A stretch of DNA of 36,777 nucleotides from Alphaproteobacteria bacterium MarineAlpha10_Bin2 (lineage in GTDB: Bacteria; Pseudomonadota; Alphaproteobacteria; UBA828): NCBI GenBank assembly GCA_002937555.1, contig PTKB01000002.1:1-36777 (forward strand), written 5' to 3'. A program made the translations under genes and the position numbers. This document shows, one piece after another, positions 26,211 to 34,262 of the stretch (the first letter of the stretch is position 1; each line of letters opens with the position of its first letter). The notes beneath the pieces are model-generated. The model was not told where the DNA came from. It did not search any database and saw only the letters and a program-made list of their open reading frames with translations.

Positions 26211-26305
26211 GCCGGGTCAAGCGAGACCGGGCAGCGTCGCCTGTGCGGTCACCGGAAATTTGTAATGCGGACCTTTGCGGGGAAATTCCGCCGTGTTCGG
26301 CGCGC

Positions 26306-27049
26306 TCACGTCAGCGGCCTGCCGCCATCCACCGCAATAATGCAGCCGTTGGAGAACTTCAGGCCGGTGGCAACAGCGAGCGCGGCTTGAGCGACATCCT
26401 CAGGTCTCGCCAAACGCTGCAATGGCGTGCGCTGGGACTGCTCGTCCCACCACGCTTGGTCCAGGCCGGTCACGAAATCGGTTTCCGCCAATCCGGGAGA
26501 CAGTGAAACCACTCGAATTTGCGGTGCCAGCGCCCGTGCCAATGACATGGTCATGGTGTTCATCGCCGCTTTGGAAGCGCAATAGGCGATATTGCTGCCC
26601 ATCGCAGTCACGCCGGCAATGGAAGAAATATTGATAACCAATCCGCCGGCGCCGGTGCCGAGCAAAGGACGCAAGGCGCGCACGCAAGCGAAGGCGCCAC
26701 GCCAATTGGTGCGGAAGATGTCATCAATCAATTCATCGTCGAGACCGTCGAGATCATTATGCGCAACAAAGCGCGTGATGCCGGCATTGTTGATGAGGAT
26801 ATCGAGACGGCCATATTCGGCTTCTATCTCGCCGGCCAGCGAAGTCAGACGCCGGCTGTCTTCGACCGGCGCCTCTTTGGCGCTATGGCCGTCGCCGCCA
26901 AGCTCGCCGACAAGCGCCGCGGCTCCGGCGGCGTTGCTTCGGTAGCCGACAATCAGGCGCGCGCCCTGATTCGCGAATTCATGACACATAGCGCGGCCCA
27001 AGCCACCGGCGCCGCCGGTAATAAAGACCACTTGATCCTGCAATTCCAT
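26306..27049 (-). CDS. Classical short-chain dehydrogenase/reductase (FabG-like)
   Basis: VVFITGGAGGLGRAM (TGxxxGxG), NNAG and the S...YCASK catalytic triad are present. I prefer the ATG at 27049 (MELQDQVVF...) to the track start at 27124. Confidence 0.85.
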   Translation of the reverse strand: MELQDQVVFITGGAGGLGRAMCHEFANQGARLIVGYRSNAAGAAALVGELGGDGHSAKEAPVEDSRRLTSLAGEIEAEYGRLDILINNAGITRFVAHNDLDGLDDELIDDIFRTNWRGAFACVRALRPLLGTGAGGLVINISSIAGVTAMGSNIAYCASKAAMNTMTMSLARALAPQIRVVSLSPGLAETDFVTGLDQAWWDEQSQRTPLQRLARPEDVAQAALAVATGLKFSNGCIIAVDGGRPLT

Positions 27050-27209
27050 CGCGCCGGATATTCCTTCCCTGGCATTAGGAGCGTTTTGTTTGTTCGTCTT
27101 AGCATGCAGTTCCGTCAAGCGCATCCGGGCGACAAAGCCACTCGACTGCGGGATGGCTAATCGGCCATATTGCTGCTTTCTATTCGAGCCAATTCACGGA
27201 AATCTTAGC
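27050..27209. promoter_or_regulatory. Divergent intergenic control region between the SDR/ligase operon and the hyuA/B-like operon
   Basis: This 160-bp non-coding gap lies between the divergent starts at 27049 (-) and 27210 (+). It contains an exact 10-nt direct repeat TCTTAGCATG at 27097-27106 and 27203-27212. The second copy includes the hyuA-like ATG. Confidence 0.4.
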
Positions 27210-29312
27210 ATGACGCGGCAACAGAGCTTGGCGGCCCGTATCGGAGTGGACATCGGCGGCACATTTACGGATGTGGTGCTGGAGAAAGGCGAGAAGCGCC
27301 ATACCGCCAAGGTGTTGACCACGCCGCGGGCACCCGAGGAAGGCGTGGCGGCGGGTATCCGAGGCGTGCTGGCCGAGTCCAACGTCAAGCCGAGCGAAGT
27401 CGCCCTGATTATTCATGGGACGACACTAGCGACCAATGCCCTGATCGAACGCAAGGGCGTGATCACGGCGCTGGTGACCACGGAAGGTTTTCGCGACAGC
27501 GTCGAAATGGGAACCGAAAGCCGCTTCGAGCAATATGACATCAACATGGAAAAGCCGCTGCCCCTGGTGCCCAGGCGGCGGCGCTTTGTCGTCGCAGAGC
27601 GTTTGAACGCCGCCGGCGAAGTCATCTTGGCGCTCGACGAAGCGGCCGTCGCGGCCCTCGTGGAACCGATCAAGAAGCTTCAAGTCGCGAGCATCGCCAT
27701 CGGCTTTCTGCACAGCTACGTCAATCCGGTGCACGAACGCCGCGCGCACGAAATTCTCTCTGCCGCCCTTCCGGAAGTAACGTTCACCCTCTCGAGCGAT
27801 GTGGCCCCGGAAATGCGTGAATATGAGCGCTTCTCGACGGCCTGCGCCAACGCCTATGTGCAGCCCATCATGGCGCGTTACCTGCGCCGCCTGGAGTCCG
27901 GTCTGAAGCAACAAGGTTTTGCTTGCCCGCTCTTCGTGATGCTTTCGGGCGGCGGCGTGGCGGATATCGAAACCGGAATCCGCTTTCCCATCCGCCTTGT
28001 CGAATCGGGGCCGGTGGGCGGCGCCATATTTTCCAGCCATACCGCCGCCGAATGCGGCCTCTCCCAAGTGCTTTCATTCGACATGGGCGGCACCACAGCC
28101 AAGATATGCGTCATCAACGATTCGAAACCGCATGCCGAGCGCGCCTTTGAAGTTGCCCGGGCACACAGATTCCTGAAAGGAAGCGGTCTGCCGCTGCGTA
28201 TACCGGTGATCCAAATGGTTGAAATCGGCGCCGGCGGCGGCTCGTTGGCACATGTCGATGCCATGGGACGCATCGTAGTCGGCCCGGAAAGTGCCGGCGC
28301 GGAGCCTGGCCCGGCCTGCTACGGCCAAGGCGGCGAGGCGCCCGCCGTGACCGACGCGGATGTAGCTCTCGGGCGCATCGATCCCGCCGCGTTCGCTGGC
28401 GGCCGCCTCACCCTGGACGCGAAACTGGCCGACGCCGCACTCACGCGGGATGTCGGGGCGGCCTTGTCGCTCGGGCCTGACATGGCGGCACTCGGTATTA
28501 GTGAAATGGTCGACGAAAACATGGCCAGCGCGGCGCGCGTACATGCCATTGAGATCGGCGCCTCGCTCTCGGAGCGCACCATGATTGCCTTCGGCGGTGC
28601 GGCGCCCCTGCACGCCGCGCGTCTTGCGGAAAAACTGGAAATTGACCGCGTTCTCATCCCCACAAATGCGGCAGTAGGCTCGGCAGTCGGCTTTCTACGT
28701 GCGCCGGTGGCCTATCAAGTGGTGCGTAGTGCCTACCAGAAAATCAGCCGGTTCGATGCGGATGCCGCCAATGAAGTGCTCGCCGCAATGCAAGCCGAGG
28801 CATTGGAAGTGGTGCAGCGTGGTGCGCCAGGTGCTGAAACCGTGGAGAAACGAACCGCGTACATGCGCTATCTCGGCCAAGGCCATGAAGTGGCGGTGAC
28901 GTTGCCGACGCGGGCATGGGAATCCGGGGACGCCACTTTCATACGCCAAGCATTCGAAGCGGCCTATGAAAAGACTTATGGCCGCATCATTGCCAATCTC
29001 GACCTCGAACTCGTCAGTTGGGCGGTTGAAGTCAGCGCGGTTATCGACAAACCGGCGCCGACCAGCACAGCCGTCGAAACCCAAACGCCCACGCCCTATG
29101 CAAGCCGTCGCTTGCTCGATGCGGGCACGGGCCAACATGTCGACGCACCGGCCTACCGGCGTGAGGATCTTCAACCGGGCAGCTATGTGACGGGGCCCGC
29201 CATCATCGTCGAAGACGATACCTCGACCGTGATCAGTCCGACATTCGATGCGACGATTAATGCGCTTGGCTATATTGTGCTGGAACGTAAGAACGTGGAG
29301 CAGTCGTCATGA
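27210..29312 (+). CDS. Hydantoinase/oxoprolinase A-type subunit (HyuA family; ATP-dependent hydantoinase/oxoprolinase/carboxylase/lactamase superfamily)
   Basis: ARIGVDIGGTFTDVVL..., IHGTTLATNALIERKG and LSFDMGGTTAKICVI are the hydantoinase_A ATPase motifs. The ATG at 27210 fits family N-termini. About 700 aa. The stop overlaps the hyuB-like start (ATGA at 29309-29312). Confidence 0.88.
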   Translation: MTRQQSLAARIGVDIGGTFTDVVLEKGEKRHTAKVLTTPRAPEEGVAAGIRGVLAESNVKPSEVALIIHGTTLATNALIERKGVITALVTTEGFRDSVEMGTESRFEQYDINMEKPLPLVPRRRRFVVAERLNAAGEVILALDEAAVAALVEPIKKLQVASIAIGFLHSYVNPVHERRAHEILSAALPEVTFTLSSDVAPEMREYERFSTACANAYVQPIMARYLRRLESGLKQQGFACPLFVMLSGGGVADIETGIRFPIRLVESGPVGGAIFSSHTAAECGLSQVLSFDMGGTTAKICVINDSKPHAERAFEVARAHRFLKGSGLPLRIPVIQMVEIGAGGGSLAHVDAMGRIVVGPESAGAEPGPACYGQGGEAPAVTDADVALGRIDPAAFAGGRLTLDAKLADAALTRDVGAALSLGPDMAALGISEMVDENMASAARVHAIEIGASLSERTMIAFGGAAPLHAARLAEKLEIDRVLIPTNAAVGSAVGFLRAPVAYQVVRSAYQKISRFDADAANEVLAAMQAEALEVVQRGAPGAETVEKRTAYMRYLGQGHEVAVTLPTRAWESGDATFIRQAFEAAYEKTYGRIIANLDLELVSWAVEVSAVIDKPAPTSTAVETQTPTPYASRRLLDAGTGQHVDAPAYRREDLQPGSYVTGPAIIVEDDTSTVISPTFDATINALGYIVLERKNVEQSS

Positions 29313-31063
29313 GCGGTGAGGCCGGCGCGCTTGAGCGCATCCAAACCCAGATCATGTGGAACCGGTTGATATCGGTCGTCGAGGAGCAGGCGCAGACCCT
29401 GTTGCGCACCGCCTTCAGCACCACCGTGCGCGAGGCAGGTGACCTTTCCGCCGGCGTATTTGATGTTGAAGGGCGGATGCTCGCCCAAGCCGTCACCGGC
29501 ACCCCCGGCCATGTCAATTCCATGGCCATCGGGGTCAAGCATTTCCTCGACAAATATCCGATGACCGAGATGCGCGAGGGCGACGCCTATATCACCAACG
29601 ATCCGTGGCTGACCTGCGGCCATTTGCATGACCTGACGGTGGTGACGCCGGTCTTTAAGGACGGGCGTCCCGTCGGCTCCTTCGCCAGCACGGCCCATGT
29701 GGTGGATATCGGCGGGCGCGGATTCGGCCCGGACGGGCGCGCGGTGTTCGAGGAAGGTCTCTACATCCCCATCATGCCCCTTGTGCGTGCCGGCACGATC
29801 AACGAAGACTTGCTGGAGATGGTGCGCTGGAATGTGCGCGAGCCGCTTCAGGTCGAGGGAGATATTCTCTCACTCATCGCCTGTAATCAGGAAGGTGCCC
29901 GCCGCCTCATCAGCATGATGGCGGAATTCTCGCTCGATACGCTGGATGATCTGGCGGAGGATATTCTCACGCGTTCGCGCGACGCGGCGCTAGCCGGAAT
30001 CCGCAAGCTGCCCGCCGGCACCTACCACAACCGCCTCACCATGGACGGCTATGACGAGCCCATTGAGTTGGTCGCCGCCATGACCATCAGCGACGACGGC
30101 GTGCATGTGGATTTCACCGGCTCTTCACCGGTGAGCAATTACGGCATCAATGTCGTGCTTAACTACACCATCGCCTATACCAGCTTCGGCGTGAAATGCA
30201 TCGTCGCCAAGGATGTGCCGAACAATGCCGGCTCGCTCTCGACCATTACGGTGAGTGCGCCGGAAGGATCGATCTTGAACGCGCCACGGCCTTGGCCGGT
30301 GGCGTCGCGTCACATCATCGGCCATCTGCTGCCCGATACGGTGTTCGGCTGCCTGCATCAGGCGGTACCGGATCAGGTGCCGGCGGAGGGTGCGTCTTCA
30401 CTTTGGATCGTGCAATTGCGCGGCGGTGCAACCGCGCTGGACAAAAACGCTCGGCAAAACGCTCCATTGGAGACGCCGCCGTTCGAAATCGCTTTGTTCA
30501 ACTCGGGCGGCGCCGGAGCGCGACCGACGCGCGACGGTCTTTCCACTACCGCTTTTCCGAGCGGCGTGCGCACCATGCCGGTCGAGGCAACCGAGACGGT
30601 CGCGCCGATTATCGTCTGGCGCAAGGAAATGGCCGAGGATTCTGGCGGTGCCGGATCGGAACGCGGCGGGCTCGGGCAATATATGGAGATCGGCGGCGCC
30701 GACGGCGCGCCGTTCAGCGTGCTGGCGCAGTTCGAGCGTGTCGACAATCCCGCACGCGGGCGTGAAGGCGGCGGCAAGGGCGCCGCAGGTAAAGTCGGAC
30801 TGGCCTCAGGCAATGCGCTCCGTTCCAAGGGACAACAGAGCATCCCGCCGCACGACCGCCTGCAATTAACGTTGCCCGGCGGTGGCGGCTACGGCGACCC
30901 TTTCAAACGCGACCCGAAGCGGGTCGAACAAGATGTGCGCGACGATTTGGTCAGCCGCGAACGTGCAAAGCGTGATTACGGCGTGCAAATTTCGCTTGAA
31001 GGTGCGCTCGACGCCGAGTCAAGCCATACGCTCCGCGCCAAGCAAAGCAGCCCGCAAGGCTAG
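29309..31063 (+). CDS. Hydantoinase B/oxoprolinase-type subunit (HyuB family)
   Basis: IQTQIMWNRLISVVEEQAQTLLRTAFSTTVREAGDLSAGVFD..., ITNDPWLTCGHLHDLTVVTPVF and GGGGYGDPFKRDPKRVEQDVRDDLVS are present. The length is 584 aa. Confidence 0.88.
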   Translation: MSGEAGALERIQTQIMWNRLISVVEEQAQTLLRTAFSTTVREAGDLSAGVFDVEGRMLAQAVTGTPGHVNSMAIGVKHFLDKYPMTEMREGDAYITNDPWLTCGHLHDLTVVTPVFKDGRPVGSFASTAHVVDIGGRGFGPDGRAVFEEGLYIPIMPLVRAGTINEDLLEMVRWNVREPLQVEGDILSLIACNQEGARRLISMMAEFSLDTLDDLAEDILTRSRDAALAGIRKLPAGTYHNRLTMDGYDEPIELVAAMTISDDGVHVDFTGSSPVSNYGINVVLNYTIAYTSFGVKCIVAKDVPNNAGSLSTITVSAPEGSILNAPRPWPVASRHIIGHLLPDTVFGCLHQAVPDQVPAEGASSLWIVQLRGGATALDKNARQNAPLETPPFEIALFNSGGAGARPTRDGLSTTAFPSGVRTMPVEATETVAPIIVWRKEMAEDSGGAGSERGGLGQYMEIGGADGAPFSVLAQFERVDNPARGREGGGKGAAGKVGLASGNALRSKGQQSIPPHDRLQLTLPGGGGYGDPFKRDPKRVEQDVRDDLVSRERAKRDYGVQISLEGALDAESSHTLRAKQSSPQG

Positions 31064-31084
31064 ATAGGAATCGATTTTCTCCGT

Positions 31085-31765
31085 CTATCGGAGTGCCTGA
31101 CCCCACGGCAATATTTGATGCCCGGTGGTAAAACTCGCGCCGAATACATTCGTGACCTTAAGCAAGTGCAAGGGATCGTCCTGAGACGGCTCGAATGAAA
31201 CTTCCCCGGTTCCGGTCGCATGACTTTGGATTTCAGGGCGCGTATCGAGTTTAACGACTGTTTGGCGCACCCCTTCCGCGCTGTCCGCATCAGGCGTGAG
31301 TTTGAGAAACAAGCGCGGGAACATATCGAGCGTCTCAATTTTTTCGCCTGTCGGCTTCATCGAGACGGAAATGATTGTCTTGCCCAGCCGGCGCGTCGAA
31401 GCATCGATGCGTGCCTCGCTTTCCGCGATTTCCATCTCGGCGAGCTTCATATTATAACCCCAGATTTCCCGCGTGCCCGACATGGCTTGATCGGTGCTGT
31501 TGTAGGCGAACGGCCAGAAACCGCCGGTCATGCCGTTGTAGCGCACCAAGGCGATCACCGCGGCATCGTAATAGAGCCGGTCCGGCACTTGGCAGTCGAA
31601 GCGCATGACCGCCACCTGGATGCGGTCGGAGACGAGCTCGAAGGGCGCCGGGATGAAGCGCCGGAGGCTCGCCTCGTCGCACGCGCAGTGAACCGCGAGG
31701 GTGCGGAAATCGTGCTCCCAGGGCGGCAGCGGATAAGGCAGAAATTTATCCAATGAAAGTTCCAT
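31085..31765 (-). CDS. Acetoacetate-decarboxylase (ADC) family protein, copy 1
   Basis: LPYPLPPWEHDFRTLAVHCACDEASLRRFIPAPFELVSDRIQVAVMRFDC...EIWGYNMKLAEMEI is a typical ADC-fold (PF06314-like) pattern. The length is 226 aa. Confidence 0.72.
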   Translation of the reverse strand: MELSLDKFLPYPLPPWEHDFRTLAVHCACDEASLRRFIPAPFELVSDRIQVAVMRFDCQVPDRLYYDAAVIALVRYNGMTGGFWPFAYNSTDQAMSGTREIWGYNMKLAEMEIAESEARIDASTRRLGKTIISVSMKPTGEKIETLDMFPRLFLKLTPDADSAEGVRQTVVKLDTRPEIQSHATGTGEVSFEPSQDDPLHLLKVTNVFGASFTTGHQILPWGQALR

Positions 31766-31850
31766 AACTTATCCAACTCCATGGCGGCTCTGCTAAATCA
31801 TTGCTACTTTTGCAAACAATGCCGAACCGTCACCAGGGAGCACAAGTGCC

Positions 31851-32612
31851 ATGAAAGAACATGAAGAAGGCTATGCCATGCCGCTATCGGCGCCGACCTT
31901 CACGCCGCCGCCGTTCGAATCCACAGAGCGCAGCCAGATATTGCTTGTGCTTTACCGCGGTGATCCCGAGGCGGTCGCTTGGGAAGTACCGGAACCGCTG
32001 CAACCTTTCGGCGACGGCACGATGCTGGCCTGGGTCGGCGATATGTGCCAGCCCAGCCACACGCTCGACCTCTACCGCGAGTGCCTGACGGCGATCAAAG
32101 TCCGCTACGGCGATACCATCGGTTGGTACGTCAATTTTATTTGGGTCGCACATGATATGGCGCTGTTGTTCGAGCGCGAAATTTACGGGTGGCCGGCAAA
32201 CATGTGCGATGACGCGAGGCTCTCCTTTCACGGCAGCCAAATAACCGGTGCCTGCACGCGCGCCGGCGAACAATTGATGCGTGTCAGTTTCAACGCCACC
32301 AGCGTCGCCTATATGGGGCGTCCCGAACCGAGCGAGCAGAAGTTCGGCGAACTCATGGATGGAAAATTCCTGCAAATCCGAAAGTTTCCCGCGCCCGCAA
32401 AAGACGCAAAGCCGATCAAACAGCTGCTCGACATCCCGACGCGGGATTATACCGTGCATGAAATCCACGAAGGCAACGCCACCGTCGAAATGGGCCATTC
32501 GGGCCTATATCCCACCCTCGCTGGCCTGGCACCGCGGGAAATCGTCGGTGCCTGGTATGTGCGCGCTTCCTGGTGGCTCGATTACCCCATTGTGCTGTGG
32601 GACAACCAATAG
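31851..32612 (+). CDS. Acetoacetate-decarboxylase (ADC) family protein, copy 2
   Basis: PPPFESTERSQILLVLYRGDPEAVAWEVPEPLQPFGDGTMLAWVGD...YRECLTAIKVRYGD...EREIYGWP is an ADC-family pattern. It is only distantly related to copy 1. The start is ATG at 31851 or 31878. Confidence 0.72.
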   Translation: MKEHEEGYAMPLSAPTFTPPPFESTERSQILLVLYRGDPEAVAWEVPEPLQPFGDGTMLAWVGDMCQPSHTLDLYRECLTAIKVRYGDTIGWYVNFIWVAHDMALLFEREIYGWPANMCDDARLSFHGSQITGACTRAGEQLMRVSFNATSVAYMGRPEPSEQKFGELMDGKFLQIRKFPAPAKDAKPIKQLLDIPTRDYTVHEIHEGNATVEMGHSGLYPTLAGLAPREIVGAWYVRASWWLDYPIVLWDNQ

Positions 32613-33200
32613 TGCTGTTCTTGGGCGGATTTTATTGTCTCAGCCACTTTGCCGGCCGGGTGCCCGTAGACAGGCGCGCCGGCCTGGCGAGCATTGCGCG
32701 TTCCCTAGCCCAATATCTCAATCGAAGACAAATCGGTCTGAATCCGATGCAAGTCAGACTCTCATGGAAATTTGGGCGCAAGTTATTCGATCACATAGTT
32801 GCGGGAGAAACTCTGCCATGCTGGGCGGAATGAGCGATCTTTGGGCTCCGGGAATTAGTCGCAAATAAAAGAGCGCCTTGGCATTCCATAGCGATATGAA
32901 ATGCCGTCGTTCGGCTGCCTGATAACGCCCAATGAAGCTTATCCGGAGGGAACCAACTCATGGCCCAATTCTCCATCGCCGGTCAAACGCTTTCACGAAC
33001 TCGGCCATGATTACGAAATGTTAACCAAATCAGTGAGATAAGATAACGGGAGATCGCTTCCACCTGGGCCAGTACTGGCCGTATTCGTCAATGGTTAATA
33101 GAAATGCTAATCTATTTGGTGGTCGAGCGAACAAATCAGGAAGATGTCGCATAGAGGGATCGGCAAGCATACAGAACGGGCTTGGTAGCAAGGCAGAGTC

Positions 33201-34262
33201 ATGAGGCGGGGCGACCTCAAAATTGGCAAATCATCGCAGAGCGATGCGCTGACGTTTGCAGCGTCTTTCGCGGGCGCAGCGCCGCTCGGACCCATTGCAG
33301 CTCTCATACCCAACGACCCGAAGTTCGGTGAGCAGTGGCATCTGCTCAATACCGGCGCAAGTGGCGGAACGCCGGGCATCGACATTAATGTTACCGATAT
33401 CTGGGACGATTATACCGAAACCGGCGTCGTCATCGGCATTATCGATAATGGCGTGCAACACGACCATCCGGATATCAGTGCGAACTACGACACCACACTT
33501 GATCATGACGCACGAGACGGTGATGGCGATGCGGCTCCGGGTACTTCTGGCGATAATCATGGCACAACGGTCGCCGGCACGATAGCGGGCGTAGAGGGCA
33601 ACGGCATCGGCGGGACCGGCGTGGCGTATGACGCCACAATTGCCGGATTCCGCATGGGCTATGGCGCCGACGGCAATACCGCCCAGATCGTCGAAAACCT
33701 TGCACTGCAAACCAACGTCGACATCTCCAACAACAGCTGGGGTTATGGCGGCTTCTTCTCCGACGATTTTTCAACCCCTGAATTTCAGCCTGCGGCAGAA
33801 GCCATGTTAAGTGCCGTCACGGAAGGACGCGACGGGCTCGGCACGGTTTTCGTGTTTGCGGCCGGAAACGGAAGGGAAAGCGGGCAGGACGCGAACTACC
33901 ATAGCTTCCAGAATACGCCTCACACCATCTCGGTGGCGGCGCTCGATCACGATGGCCAGGTCGCGGCATTCAGCACGCCTGGCGCCCCGCTTCTTATTTC
34001 CGCGCCAGGAGTCGAAATTGTCACCACAGACCGCACCGGCGCGGACGGCTACAGTTCGGATGATTATGTCAGTATCAGTGGCACTTCGTTTGCGGCTCCG
34101 ATCACCAGCGGCGTTGTAGCTCTCATGCTAGAAGCCAATCCCGAACTCGGTTATCGAGATGTCCAGGAAATTCTCGCCTATTCAGCACGTCAGACCGACT
34201 CAAGCTCGCCGGGCTGGGATGTCAACGGCGCCGCGAACTGGAATGGCGGCGGCTTCACGTAA
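33201..34262 (+). pseudogene. Kexin/subtilisin-like S8 serine-protease catalytic domain; 5' part of a frameshifted giant gene
   Basis: NDPKFGEQWHL is followed by the catalytic triad: Asp (VVIGIIDNGV), His (DNHGTTVAGTIAG) and Ser (SGTSFAAPITSG), with the oxyanion Asn in ISNNSWG. The frame stops at 34260-34262 inside the conserved block ...NGGGF|(H)VSHDYGYGLIDA. Confidence 0.85.

Noticed and set aside
26217-26219. The in-frame TGA in ligase paralogue 1 as selenocysteine or Trp recoding. Likewise the in-frame TAG at 15443 as pyrrolysine or read-through.
   Set aside because: TGA and TAG are used as ordinary stops by many confident genes in this window (e.g. 2142-2144, 29310-12, 24873-75). I saw no SECIS-like hairpin immediately downstream. 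A remodelled start or a pseudogene is the simpler explanation.
31913-31922. A GTTCGAATCC string resembling a tRNA T-loop/T-arm.
   Set aside because: It lies inside the ADC-2 coding frame (..PPFEST..). No acceptor or anticodon stems can be drawn around it.
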